64,000 nucleotides of DNA from Eledone cirrhosa (lineage: Eukaryota): positions 97,960,001 through 98,024,000 of the forward strand of contig OZ024746.1 in assembly GCA_964016885.1 (NCBI GenBank). Direction: 5' to 3'. The notes under the pieces were generated by a model. The model was not told the DNA's origin. It saw nothing but the letters and a program-made list of their open reading frames with translations, and made no database searches. Positions 39,886-53,392 of this stretch are shown piece by piece. The position numbers were made by a program, and so were the translations under genes. The first letter of the stretch is position 1. Every line of letters begins with the position of its first letter.

Positions 39886-40451
39886 CCCTAGATCCAGAGC
39901 CTATTCTCCCTTCCACTCCCCTCTCCCCTTTCTTAAATGACACTAGAGTCCTTGCCATTCCTTCCTCTTTTCCGTTTTTTCTCGTTTCTTTACATTTTCC
40001 TATTTTACACTCCATTCTTTCTTCTCAATCTAAATTTTCTTTTTTCCTTTTCCTATTAAACTGTATTTACATGATATATTCCATAAAGTTAACACTTATT
40101 TATTGAACGTTGAGATTTATTTATAAAGAGTGACAATGTTTAATATTTATTTAATGCTACAAGTTACATAGACGAAGCCATTTACTAGTCTTGTGATAAC
40201 TGGCGTTATTTAAAACTAAATTAATCATTTATTCAATTAATAATTTAGCCCGATCACTTAATCAGTCATTCGTTTTATCATCACAACGTTGATTACGTTT
40301 TAAATTGTCTCCTCTTTTATCACCATGGCGTTCATTAATTTAACTGATTTTCTAATTACAATGTTTTAACTTTCTTATTATCTCCTCCTTCGAATACATT
40401 AAACTTATATAAAGACTCCGGAGTAATTTATATTTACTACTTGGTTTAAAT

Positions 40452-40780
40452 AGGCGGCGAATTGACAGAGTCGTTAGAACGTCTGATAAGAATGTTTTAT
40501 GGTATTCATTCCAGCTTTCTGGTCTCTGAGTTCAAATCCCACAGAGGTCAACTTTGCCTTTCATCCTTTTGAGGTCAATAAAAAAAGTACCAGTCGAGTA
40601 CTGGGGTCGATTCTTCCTCTATATCTCTTTCTCATTTCCTCTCTCTCACTTTCAATCTTTCTCTGGAAGAAATCTGCTGTACTCAGGCCTGGAGAGGGAT
40701 GGGCTCCACCAGGTTTAAAATGTCAAAGAAACGGTTATATCAATACGGTGGCCCTACGACTCTATCAGGAGTTACGCGAC
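40452..40780 (+). mobile_element. tRNA-derived SINE family B (same central domain, different 3' part with CT-rich tract)
   Basis: GGCGGCGAATTG.CAGAGTCGTTAGAACG...GAGTTCAAATCCC...GCCTTTCATCCTTT.GAGGTC...CAGGCCTGGAGAGGGATGGGCTCC. Other copies at approx. 13019-13430, 13540-13855(-), 14990-15275, 15755-16082(-), 19090-19410, 22850-23218(-), 44110-44430(-), 51816-53685. Confidence 0.88.
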
Positions 40781-41124
40781 CATCCATCCATCTGTCCGTC
40801 CGTCCGTCCGTCCATCCTTACCTAAGTACATACACGTGGTTTAAAGAAACACAAATGATAATTTCCAACAGTACCAAAACATTTTCCTGGCAATATGATG
40901 AACGTAAATATTGTCAACATTAGAAATTATTAATGAAATAATTGACATCAAAGAAATATTAGAACCGTTGTTAAAGCCACCACAAATTAAATAAATATAA
41001 TAGCAATAAAAATCTTGCAAAATATTTCTATTTATTGCTCGGCGTCTATCAGGTTATTAAGTATGAAATGTCCGATTTCAAATTGAAAGTGCCTTAGGAA
41101 ATCGGGCATTTCATACTTAAGGAC

Positions 41125-41204
<80 letters not shown>

Positions 41205-42356
41205 AGTAAATTAACGGAGCCATAGACTCTCGCTATTCCCTGTCAATAATGTGCTCAAAGGAGAAGGAATCCTGAGCTCTTTATAATACAATATGTTGAA
41301 AAGGTAACACACTAGAGGGAGATATAGTGCGCCATCAATAAAACAGGGAAAAACCACCAGTGTATGGAATCTATAATCTATGAAAGGCAGAGTAGATACA
41401 CGATAATTAAAAATATAAATTAAAGTGTATATACATACCTCTATAACTATATAACACACGTATAAATCCAAAGAGATCTGTTTCGTCAATAAGTTGTTGA
41501 CAGAAATGAAATAGCCCATGGTTCATCAGCGTGTGTAAGGTTATACATTTCAGACAACTCTAAGAGACTTTAGAGCGACTGTCCAGCTACACGTGGGAGA
41601 GAGAAGTCACAGCGGGTTTAGGGCAGGGAACCAGTGGTGTCTGAGGGACGAGCTGCTACAAAGGGCAGCCCAAAATCACTCAGAGGAGTGTGCTCAACCA
41701 AACAGAGAGAGAGGAAAGACTGTTATAAGGAGCTAAATATCACGATAAATTACTCATTATTCCCTGTCCTTCTACCCCAGCTCTTCTCCTTTGTCGGCGT
41801 CTTTTCTCGCCCACCCGAGGCTGCCCTTTGGCCCCATGTAGCCTTAGTACCCCCACCACCCCCTCCCCTAGTCAATGATAGATTTGGCGGACTCCGCCCT
41901 TTATAGCAGTTGGCTTAGACCCCGGATACTTGCCCCCTTTTTCCGACCGCTCCCACTATTCTCTGTGCCCTCTATATTTCTTAGTGGCACTTATGCCTTA
42001 TTTTTTCGTTTCAGTATTTCTTGCTTCGCTTTTCTTCTGGGCGGGTGGATTCTGAATTTATTTCTCCGTACTCTACCTTGATTTCGTACGAACTTTCATG
42101 TAGCTTGTTTTAGATCTTTTAGAGTTAGCATTAGTATATATTTTTCTCGGGACTCAGAATTATTATCTCGTACAAGTTCACTTTGCTGCACTGGGTCGTT
42201 GCTGGCCCGGGATGGAAACCTTTATTGTTTATTTCGTGGTAGTCTCTTTAGTATTTTGGCCCCTTTTGTTGACCCGTCACCGTATCATTTACGTACTTAT
42301 ACCTCTTAAAAGGGTCCTTGCCTATTCCGTCCCACCTAGTTCTTTTACTTATTTCC

Positions 42357-42387
<31 letters not shown>

Positions 42388-42752
42388 CTTCTTTCTTTCT
42401 TTATTTTATTCTCGCCTAACAATAGCCTGACACCTAGGTCGTAGAATTTAATTTACTTTACTTTTTTCTTTACACTTATTTGCTTTTCTTCACTCTCAGT
42501 ATTTTTTCTTTCCTATATATTTCTACCCCCCATTGTTCTACCTACTGTTCCAACTTCCTCCCCCTCCCCCTCCCCAGTATCTTCTTTGACCTCATGCCCA
42601 GCTGTAGCTGGCACTACAAACGCCTGATTGGGTCTACTCCACCCCCTCCCCTCTTTCTCCTACTGGCAGGTTTAGCCACCATCTCCCCTACTAATTTGCA
42701 ACCACAGAATTACTACTGATTTTTGACAATCACTTTGACCATATATGGAATT

Positions 42753-42846
42753 ACCCCTTGAGAAGATCGGCTATTTAAATACCAGGGTAAATTTTCATTT
42801 AGTCCAGAATTAGCCGTCGAAACGGCTTGAGCTCAGCTGTCGGGGT
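42753..42846 (+). ncRNA. Hammerhead motif with U3-A8 core variant
   Basis: ACCCC-TTGAGAA-GAtCGGCTA...TAGCCGTC-GAAA-CGGCttgagctcaGCTG-TC-GGGGT, followed by (TA)n. Confidence 0.6.
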
Positions 42847-42856
42847 CTTACTGGTT

Positions 42857-42898
<42 letters not shown>

Positions 42899-42927
42899 TA
42901 TACATATATATATATATATACATATAT

Positions 42928-42970
<43 letters not shown>

Positions 42971-43052
42971 CATATATATATATATATACATATATATACA
43001 TACATACATATATATATATACATATATATATATGTATATATATATATACACA

Positions 43053-43129
<77 letters not shown>

Positions 43130-45544
43130 TGTAGTTGTGAGCTGTTGTAGGCAATGTGAGGTGGGGTGGTGGCTGTCGTTGTCAGCTGTTGTGAACTGTT
43201 GTACGCATTGTGAGGTAGTGGATGTAGTATTGGCTGCAGTTGTGAGCTGTTGTGGACAATGTGGAGTAGTGGCTGTAGTTGTGAGCTGTTGATAAAATAA
43301 AGTACCAGAAATGCACTGGCGTCGATTTAATCGACTTTACCCCCCCCCCCCTCAAAAAGATTACTGGCCTTTTACCTAAATCAGAAGGCCTTATTATCAA
43401 AGCGCGGTGAATTGGCAGTATCGGTAGAGGATCGGACATGCTTTCCAGCGTAGTTACGTCCCTTTACGATCTGAGTTCAAATCCCGCCGAGGTTAACTTT
43501 GCCTTTCATCCATACGGCGGTTGATAAAATAAAGTACCAGTAATGTACTCGGTAATTGCTGGCCTTGTGCCAAAAGTAGAAACAATTATTATCAAAGTTT
43601 ACCATAAACTATTGAGTCTGCTAACTTAATTTCTTAAAAATTATAAATGTTAGTGAATGGTTGCGTTCCCAGGCATGGATGAATGTTTAAGACGTTTACT
43701 TACCAATCACGGTGTTCTGGACAGGGACTCATTCCGGGGCTTCTTAGGTACGTATTCTTTCCCTTTTTACCATATGGACGGGTCTAATCATGACTGGGAG
43801 TGAAATTGTGTGGAAATTCATCAGATCAATGTTCAGCTTTTTCACATAATCATTCCCGCTGATTCTACCTAACAATTATGTTAAGTGTATACCTGACGAC
43901 GGAATACTTATCGCCAAAAATGACGGATGATCCATAATTGTTTCCACAGCCACATAACACTGGTTTCTTTTTAACGAGGTCCTATATTTTAAGAGAAAAT
44001 AACATGTAAAATTGTGTCTTTATAAATGTCAATAGTAGTGTAAGTGAAGGGCTTTGAAACATTCACTCGGACGTTATTCTTGTGTTCTATCATGGTAGGT
44101 ATGTATGTATGGTCCTGTAACTCCTGATGGAGACGTAGAGGCGCCATATTGACAGACGGCATTTCTTGGGTATTTTAAGCCTGGCGGAGCCCATCCCTCT
44201 TCAGACCTGAGAACAGTAGATTTCTTCCAGAGAAAGATAGAAAATGAGAGAAAGGAAATATAGAGGAAGAATCGACCCCAGTACTAGACTGGTACTTTTT
44301 TATTGACCTCAAAAGGATGAAAGGCAAAGTTGACCTTGGCGGGATTTGAACTCTGAGAGCAGAGAGCTGGAACAAATACCATAAAACATTCTTACCAGAT
44401 GTTCTAACGACTCTGTCAATTCTCCACCTATTATGGTAGGTATATCACGTCATTTCCTCAGGTGTATATGATATGTCCTGTAGTGGCCGATATAATACCT
44501 TAATGTAATTTTAACAAACTTTACCGTTGTCTTTACAAACAGACGATATTCTGCGCTCTTTAAACGATCAACTATACATTGATATAAGTTTTTAAAATGC
44601 TGATTAAAAGGTAATGTTTATCAAGAAAGAATGACTTAATTAGGAATCCTACTACTTCTATTTCATGTAATAGAAATTTCCTACATAGGACTAATGTTTA
44701 TATGAGCAGAGAAAACGAGATCGCATAATGTATCTGACTTAGTCAATGGTATTGGAGAATTTAATTGAAATATGTAAAACAAGGAACAGAATCAGGTTAG
44801 ATTAGAATAGAATGTCTTACTCAATAAAACAGCATTTAGCTTTCAAATTGGATTAATAACATTCACTGAGATTCTTTGTAGTTTCCACCTCAAACAGTTG
44901 CACTAAAGTGTCACTATAGACCTCTACAAACGAAACCCAAATTGATTTCAACAAAGATTTCTTACTTTAAACAGAAATCATATTGAATTGAAATCAGAAA
45001 GATTTGAACTAATAGCAATGTTTAGTTCAGAACTAAAGTAAATTCCTTATGTCTTTGTGTATTTCCCATTTCTACGGCAATTTTCCTATGTAACTCCATT
45101 CAATTATTGCAACATCGGATCGAATAACCAGGTTATTTCGCGTGTATCGTGTTTGCTATAGGTGAAAATATTTACTTAAATCGTATCATTGAAGTATTTG
45201 AGACGCATTAAGATTCCTGTAGAATATTTACCAACTATTTTCAGATTTATATTGTTTCTTCAGTAAAATTTGACGATTGCCGTTAAGACAATCATTTTGA
45301 TTCCTTTCCAAATTGCTGAATAGTTTCCATCCAGTTCTGTCGGCTATGTCAGTAGAATGAAAGACCTGGATATCATAAATCACATTATATCAATGGAATC
45401 CATGGAGTTAAAGGAATTCCTGGATTGTGAAGAGAGAAGCAATCTTTTACATTCCTCTCACTTATGGTCATAAAAATATATCAAATTTCAGTAAGTTATG
45501 AGAATCGTTACTTTAGAAAGTAAATATCATCCCTTCCTCTAAAA

Positions 45545-46513
45545 CAGTCATGGGTAAACTGCAGCACGCTAGCCGCATGCGGCCTCTTTGAATTTCTGAA
45601 TGACACGCCTAATTTGAAAATACCCTTGAATTTGTTAGTAGTGCGGGCCGCTAATGATGATCTACATCCTATGTGGCCCGCATTATGATGATCCACATCC
45701 TATGTGGCCCGCCTTATGATAAGCCACATCCTATGTGGTCTGCCTTATGATGAGTTACATCCTATGTGGCCCGCCATATGATAATCCACATCCTATGTGG
45801 CTCGCCTTATGATGAGCCACATCGTATGTGGCCCGCCTTATGATGAGCCACATCGTATGTGGCCCGCCTTATGATGATCCACATCCTATGCGGCCCGCCA
45901 TATGATGAACCACATCGCATGTGGCCCGCCTTACGATGAGCCACATCGCATGTGGCCCGCCTTACGATGATCCACATCGTATGTGGCCCGCCCTATGATG
46001 AACCACATCCTATGTGGCCCGCCTTATGATGAGTCACATCGTATGTGGCCTGCCTTATGATAAGCCACATCCTATGTGGCCCGCCATATGATGATCCACA
46101 TCCTATGTGGCCCGCCTTATGATGATCCACATCCTATGTGGCCTGCCTTTTGATGAGCCACATCTTATGTGGCCCGCCATATGATGATCCACATCCTATG
46201 TGGCCCGCCTTATGATGAGCCACATCGTATGTGGCCCGCCTTATGATGAGCCACATCCTATGTGGCCTGCCTTTTGATGAGCCACATCCTATGTGGCCCG
46301 CCTTATGATGAGTCACATCCTATGTGGCCTGCCTTTTGATGAGCCACATCCTATGTGGCCCGCCATATGATGAGCCACATCGTATGTGGCCCGCCTTATG
46401 ATGAGCCACATCCTATGCGGCCCGTCATATGATGAGCCACATCGTATGCGGCCCGCCTTATGATGAGCCACATCCTATGCGGCCCACTGCTCGAAAAAGT
46501 TTGCCCGTGCCTG
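45545..46513 (+). mobile_element. hAT (Charlie-like) MITE carrying an internal 31-bp tandem array
   Basis: TIRs CAGTCATGGGTAAACT / AGTTTGCCCGTGCCTG; perfect 8-bp TSD CTCTAAAA; GCGGCCCGC-type subterminal motifs. Confidence 0.88.
45654..46486. repeat. 31-bp minisatellite, ~27 copies
   Basis: Unit ATGATGAGCCACATCCTATGTGGCCCGCCTT, with internal hairpin GCCACAT-cct-ATGTGGC. Confidence 0.95.
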
Positions 46514-46675
46514 CTCTAAAATATCCGCAGAGATAGCAATGAATTGTAATTTTTTAAACAGGAGATTATTCTGTGATAATCAAAATAAGATTTTCTTGTT
46601 TCTTCTTTGTAATGAAATAAATGTAAAAATAAGTAGAAACATTCTTAGTTGCATGAAAATTAGAATAGTATAGTT

Positions 46676-47087
46676 CAGCGGTCGCCAACATTTCGGACCT
46701 TATGGACCACTAAATTCATAGTTTTAAATCTCGCGGACAACTAATATGAATTGATGGTCAATGGTTGAAACAATACTGAAGTGTACGTGTGTGATATTGT
46801 CGATAGATGATACATATGTGTATGGTATTGTCTATAGATGATACATACCTGTGTCATATTGTCGATATATGATACATATGTATAAAATTCTTTCATGGAT
46901 GTTAGTTCTTTACTGAGGAGAAACAATCTTTTAGGGGTGTTATAAAATATATTTTAACAGAAGATTATTTTTGTTTTATTGTTAATAAAACATAAAAATT
47001 GCAAATAATGTCCGCATTTTTCTGAGGACAGCCAAATCTTTTTCTTGGACCACCAGTGGTCCGCGGACCACTGGTTGGCTACCGCTG
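46676..47087 (-). mobile_element. hAT-type MITE
   Basis: TIRs CAGCGGTCGCCAAC / GTTGGCTACCGCTG; perfect 8-bp TSD GTATAGTT. Confidence 0.9.
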
Positions 47088-47473
47088 GTATAGTTTATAT
47101 GAAGTGTTGTGAGATGTGTAGTTAAAATAATGTCCATCTTCTGTGGTCTTATCAATTGTTTGTCTTCGCTGATGTTCTCTCTCTTTCACTCACAGCCTCC
47201 GTCTCTCACGCTCTCCCCATCTCTCTCTTTCACTCACAGCCTCCGTCTCTCACGCTCTCCCCATCTCTCTCTTTCACTCACAGCCTCCGTCTCTCACGCT
47301 CTCCCTATCTCTCACTATTATAAGCAAATGGGCCCCACGTGGTTGCCCCCCGCGGCCTCGGCGGACAGAATAGAGAAGGTGTTTCCCTGGAGGAGGGTGA
47401 GGGAGACGCACTGGCAGAGCTGCCAGTCCAGTTCCTAGCAAGGCTCACACCTGCGGTTAGAAAACTCCATACC

Positions 47474-47885
47474 GATGGTGGTGAGTAGGGAGGCGGTCCT
47501 AGGGCCAAGGACATCAGAAGTCTCCACTGCTAGGGGGCGGGGGGCGATGGTGGTGAGTAGGGAGGCGGTCCTAGGGCCAAAGACATCAGAAGTCTCCACT
47601 GCTAGGGGGCGGGGGCGATGGTGGTGAGTAGGGAGGTGGTCCTAGGGCCAAGGACATCAGAAGTCTCCACTGCTAGGGGGCGGGAGGCGATGGTGGTGAG
47701 TAGGGAGGTGGTCCTAGGGCCAAGGACACCGGAAGTCTCCACTGCTACGGGTTCGACCTGTCAGATGGTAGTGAGTAGGGAGGTGGTCCTAGGGCCAAGG
47801 ACACCAGAAGTCTCTACTGCTACGGGGTGCTGATGGTGGTGAGTTGGGAGGTGGTTCTGGGGCCAGGGACATCAGAAGTCAACAC
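47474..47885 (-). repeat. ~71-bp tandem repeat (~6 copies) derived from CRE-type endonuclease coding sequence
   Basis: The unit reads PLAVETS(G/D)VLGPRT(T/A)SLLTTI on the minus strand, homologous to 50707-50770. It is continuous with the element 3' end at 47190-47470. Confidence 0.8.
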
Positions 47886-49562
47886 ATGAAAATAAAAAAA
47901 AAATGAACAAATTAGCAAGCCACTTATATGTTCAACTTTATTGTAGCTGGTCTGTTGAGTTAAGTCACAGTAAGCCGAAACAAAAGATAGGAAATATGGA
48001 TGCCAACACATTCATTAAAAATTCAACTATTTGTCATTGGTGTCCGCTGTAGCCATGGCAAATGCATATAGGTTTGATAGATATGTCAGTACAAAGATAA
48101 ACTATTGTAATAGTATTATTCCTGTTTGAAGAACTGTCTGTGTTTTATAAGAAACGTATTATAAATGGTTTATATGTATAAGTTAACGTTGTTAGCTGGG
48201 TGTATGAATTGTCAATGAAATTATTGTCTTCTAACGCTATAGAAACTCTAGCTATATAAAAATTTGAAGTTGATTTCTTTAATATATGTTGCCAGGTTTT
48301 TAATAGACGGCAAATATTTTGACAGCTTAGCCATTTTTTATTGATTTAGGTTCGTAAATCGGTTGAAATAACAATCCTTATGTATAAGGAATGTATGTGT
48401 CTGTGTGTGCGAACGTGTATGTATGTGAGTGTCGTCGCTGCCTCCGTATCTCTCGGTCTCCCCATTTATTATAAGCAAATGGGGGCCCACCCTCTGGCTG
48501 CCCCGTGACCCCGGCAGACAGTGGCAAACTCATTAGAACATCTAATTAAACATGTCGGTATTTATTCCGCTTTTTTACGCTCTAAGTTCAAATTTTGTCG
48601 AGGCCAAATTCTTTATTTATTATTTCAGGGTCGACAAATAAAGTACCAGACTAGAGGTGATGAATTAGTGGGTTTGTTAAAAAATTCAGACGTGATGCCT
48701 TGTGGTATCTGTTCTGGTTCTGTCCTTTCTGAATTAAAATCCTGCTTCCTTCTGCCAGGATTTACAACCATCAGATAATATCAACAATGGAAAGACCATT
48801 GGAAACATTCTATGGTTTCCTTTGTCAGATCTGACAATCGGCTCTGTATTTTTATCTGTTTATATGAAAACTATATTTTCAGATAGACGGATCAGAGAGT
48901 AGGTTTTAAACACATACTGTTTAACATTGTCCAGCCAACAATGGTTCCAACTAAAAACATTTAGAATTCTTCTGCGCGATATAAATATTATTCTTTTTTT
49001 CCTAATTATTATTAACGATAGTATTGCAAACAAAGAAGCTGAATTGAGCTGCTTACAAAGGAGGACTGACAACGGAAATGTCGAGGTTTAACCCAGTTGT
49101 CATATCAAATAAATCATGATTTTGTCGCCTGCTAACATGCATACTAATTATCATATATATTCAGAATCAGGAAATTTGAGAAAACTGTGAAAGACAATGG
49201 TAATATCAATATTTTCTTTTGATTAAAGATAACCTTTTATAAGATGGGGTCATACGACCTATGATTTGATCTCATTATCTTACAGCTAGTTGCCAAATCA
49301 GCCGAGAATCGATAGAATTAAAGTCATGTGTAAGTTTGAATTCAGAGCTGTGAAGTTTTGAATTTAACACTTTAAATCATAACGTTGGTTTTCTATTGTC
49401 TGCATGAAACGTCAACAAATGATTACAGTCATCAGTTTCACATTAATAACGATATACTGTTTGTTTTTTTATTTTGAATAGACCTGACATTTCGTAGAGA
49501 AAAGTAGCGAGACCATTCACATTGCTGCGCTTCTTTAAGAGTATTAGTAAAGAGGATACATG

Positions 49563-49790
49563 TGAAGGCGCATGGCTTAGTGGTTAGAGCATTGGGCTTG
49601 CAATGGAAAGGTTGTGAGTTCAATTCTCGGACCGGGTGATGTGTTGTTTCCTTGAGCAAGACACTTTATTTCACATTGCTCCAGTTTACTCAGCTGTAGA
49701 AGTGAGATGATATCATTAAATCACCCAACACATCTCCAACGAGATATACCTTGAAGGAGGCCAGCTAAACCTGCATAGGTGTGAGCTGTC
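49563..49790 (+). mobile_element. tRNA-derived CORE-like SINE (representative copy)
   Basis: TGGCTTAGTGGTTAGAGC...GTGAGTTCAATTCTC...TCCTTGAGCAAGACACTTTATTTCAC.TTGCTCCAGTTTACTCAGCTGTAGAA. Other copies at approx. 8425-8980, 24320-24420(-), 28495-28600, 35779-35915, 39150-39440, 49988-50420, 58625-58920 (rearranged). Confidence 0.85.
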
Positions 49791-50481
49791 ACACACACAG
49801 AGGTTACAACATGGTCGCATAGTAAAGCAGTTCGCTTTGCAATCATTAGTTCCCAGATTCGATCTCACTGTGTGGCATCTTGTTTTCGTGTTATTTATCA
49901 TAGTTTCATGTTGGCCCAAGCCCTGTGAATGAAACTAGATAGACGGAAATTGCTTGGAAGCCCGTATTTGTTATAACTATATTTAGTGAAGGAGCTTCAC
50001 TTAGTGGTTAGTTCGTTGGGCTTGCAACTGAGAGGTTGTGGGTTCGATTCTCTGACCGGGTGATGCGTTGTGTTCTTGAACAAGACATGTTATTTCACGT
50101 TGCTCCAGTTTACTCAGCTGTAGAAATGAGTTTCGACGTCACAGGTGCCAAGCTGTATCAGCCATTACCTTACCTTTGGATAACATCGGTGGGGTAGAGA
50201 GGGGGGACTAGTATGCATGGGCGACTGCCGGTCTTCCATAAACAATCTTGCCCCGACTTGTGCCTCGGAAGGAACTTTCCCTTGGACAACATCGGTGACA
50301 TGGAGAGGGGAGACTGGTATAGATGGGCGACTGCTGTCTTCCACAAACAACCTTGCCCAGGCTTGTGCCTCAGAGGGAAATTTTCTAGATACAAACCATG
50401 GTCATTTGTTACCGATGTGGGCCTGAAATATTTTTAACAATTAATTTCCCATTTGGATTGTGATAACCTTCTAGTATAACA

Positions 50482-50895
50482 CTGGAGTCGGTGGGGCTGG
50501 ACCGAGGGGATGGCAAAAGGCCAGACGGTATGACCATCTTTCCGTTCCGCGGTGGCAAACCCCTCGTCTGGGATACCACATCCAGCGACACTTTCTCCAG
50601 CCTCAACCTGGTGCAAGTCTGCGACTAACCCAGGTTCTGCTGCACGTCGGGCTGAGGAGGCCAAACTCTCCAAGTACCGGTCGCTCTCCGACAGGTTCGG
50701 GGTCATGCCCTTGGCAGTGGAGACTTCTGGTGTCCTTGGCCCTGGGGCTACCTGGCTATTCACCACCAGGTGTGAGACTCGCGAGTTGGAATGGCTCTTC
50801 CAGCGCATCTCCCTTACCATCCTCCGGGGAATCGCCTTCCCCATCCTATCCGCCGGGGCTGTGGGGAGGCCAGCACGCGGGACCCCATTTGCCCA
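50482..50895 (+). mobile_element. CRE-clade non-LTR retrotransposon 3' fragment (restriction-like endonuclease)
   Basis: LESVGLDRGDGKRPDGMTIFPFRGGKPLVWDTT.DTF / (frameshift) GSAARRAEEAKLSKYRSL...PLAVETSGVLG...WLFQRISLTILRG matches the RPD...WD...AE..K..KY...P.A.ET.G...QR.S....RGNA motif of CRE elements. Confidence 0.8.
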
Positions 50896-51824
50896 CATAC
50901 GGATTAATAGGCAAACTTATAAACTATTGTAAATAAACCTATTTAATTGTAGGTAAAAAAAATGTTCTCCACTTTAGTCTATGTTTCAAGTAAACTACAA
51001 CTCTCTCCTATTAATACATTTGTTAGGTACAATTATTAATGTTATATCTTCATACATAAGAGTTAAGCTCCAATGTGGACTGTTTCGGCTGATTCTGTCT
51101 CTTATATATAATCAAACATTTCTGTAGATTACAGAATACGTCCATACTTAAGGGAAGATATCGATAATTCTTCAAATCAACAGGAATAATTATGTATCGA
51201 TAATTACTTTTGAGAATGACAATTCAAGCAAAATATAGATATTTGATGCTGATGTCTGAATGCTACGTTAGTGAAATCAATAAGTAATTTGTTATATGTT
51301 TCTGTCTGTGTAGGCGCGGCATTTTTTTCTATGGAAAACAAAATATTCCGATGTCTTAAAATGTTATAGACAATATAAAGCAATATGAGTTGTATGAAAT
51401 AATGTGACACAGTTTTTGGGAAGGCCAATACAAAAATGAAAACTTTAGTAGAATAAAGGAATAAAGTAAGAAAAAGAAAAAAACAACAGTTTACACTTAC
51501 TTTTTTTATTATTATTTAGAGATATTAAGGGCGATGGATTGGCAGAATCGGTAGAGGGTCGGACACCATGCTTCGTGGCATTGACATTCTGAGTTCAAAT
51601 CCCACCGAGGTTAACTTTGCCTTACATCCTTACGGGGTCGATAAAATAAAGTACCAATCACGCACTGGGGTCGATTTAATCGACTTTCCCCTCCCCCAAA
51701 ATTGCTGGCCTTGTGCCTATACTAAAAACCATTATTCTTTCTCTTTTTTTCTATCTTCTTGTTTATTGTTTTAATCTTAAAAAAAAATATTTTCACTATT
51801 GTATACTTATGCTCCGGCGGCGAA

Positions 51825-53392
51825 TTGGCAGAGTCGTTAGAACGTCAGATAGAATGGTAGAGTGGTTAGAACGTCAGATAGAATGGTAGAGTCGTTAGAA
51901 CGTCAGATAGAATGGTAGAGTGGTTAGAACGTCAGATAGAATGGTAGAGTCGTTAGAACGTCAGATAGAATGGTAGAGTGGTTAGAACGTCAGATAGAAT
52001 GGTAGAGTCGTTAGAACGTCAGATAGAATGGTAGAGTCGTTAGAACGTCGGATAGAATGGTAGAGTCGTTAGAACGTCGGATAGAATGGTAGAGTGGTTA
52101 GAACGTCGGATAGAATGGCAGAGTGGTTAGAACGTCAGATAGAATGGTAGAGTCGTTAGAACGTCAGATAGAATGGTAGAGTCGTTAGAACGTCGGATAG
52201 AATGGTAGAGTCGTTAGAACGTCGGATAGAATGGTAGAGTCGTTAGAACGTCGGATAGAATGGTAGAGTCGTTAGAACGTCGGATAGAATGGTAGAGTCG
52301 TTAGAACGTCGGATAGAATGGTAGAGTCGTTAGAACGTCGGATAGAATGGTAGAGTCGTTAGAACGTCGGATAGAATGGTAGAGTCGTTAGAACGTCGGA
52401 TAGAATGGTAGAGTCGTTAGAACGTCGGATAGAATGGTAGAGTCGTTAGAACGTCAGATAGAATGGTAGAGTCGTTAGAATGTCGGATAGAATGGTAGAG
52501 TCGTTAGAATGTCGGATAGAATGGTAGAGTGGTTAGAACGTCAGATAGAATGGTAGAGTGGTTAGAACGTCAGATAGAATGGTAGAGTCGTTAGAACGTC
52601 AGATAGAATGGTAGAGTCGTTAGAACGTCAGATAGAATGGTAGAGTGGTTAGAACGTCAGATAGAATGGTAGAGTGGTTAGAACGTCAGATAGAATGGTA
52701 GAGTGGTTAGAACGTCAGATAGAATGGTAGAGTCGTTAGAATGTCGGATAGAATGGTAGAGTCGTTAGAATGTCGGATAGAATGGTAGAGTCGTTAGAAT
52801 GTCGGATAGAATGGTAGAGTCGTTAGAACGTCAGATAGAATGGTAGAGTCGTTAGAATGTCGGATAGAATGGTAGAGTCGTTAGAACGTCGGATAGAATG
52901 GCAGAGTCGTTAGAACGTCGGATAGAATGGTAGAGTGGTTAGAACGTCAGATAGAATGGTAGAGTCGTTAGAATGTCGGATAGAATGGTAGAGTCGTTAG
53001 AACGTCGGATAGAATGGTAGAGTCGTTAGAACGTCGGATAGAATGGCAGAGTCGTTAGAACGTCGGATAGAATGGTAGAGTGGTTAGAACGTCAGATAGA
53101 ATGGTAGAGTCGTTAGAACGTCGGATAGAATGGTAGAGTCGTTAGAACGTCGGATAGAATGGCAGAGTCGTTAGAACGTCGGATAGAATGGTAGAGTGGT
53201 TAGAACGTCGGATAGAATGGCAGAGTCGTTAGAACGTCGGATAGAATGGTAGAGTGGTTAGAACGTCAGATAGAATGGTAGAGTCGTTAGAACGTCAGAT
53301 AGAATGGTAGAGTCGTTAGAATGTCGGATAGAATGGCAGAGTCGTTAGAACGTCGGATAGAATGGTAGAGTCGTTAGAATGTCGGATAGAAT
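51825..53392 (+). repeat. 29-bp satellite, ~54 copies, amplified from a SINE A-box region
   Basis: Unit GAATGGTAGAGTCGTTAGAACGTCGGATA. It is preceded by the SINE start GGCGGCGAATT (51816) and followed by the rest of the SINE (B-box GAGTTCAAATCCC at ~53426) to ~53685. Confidence 0.95.

Noticed and set aside
49563-49640. tRNA gene candidates (A/B boxes)
   Set aside because: These are SINE heads that run directly into SINE bodies; no complete cloverleaf is evident.
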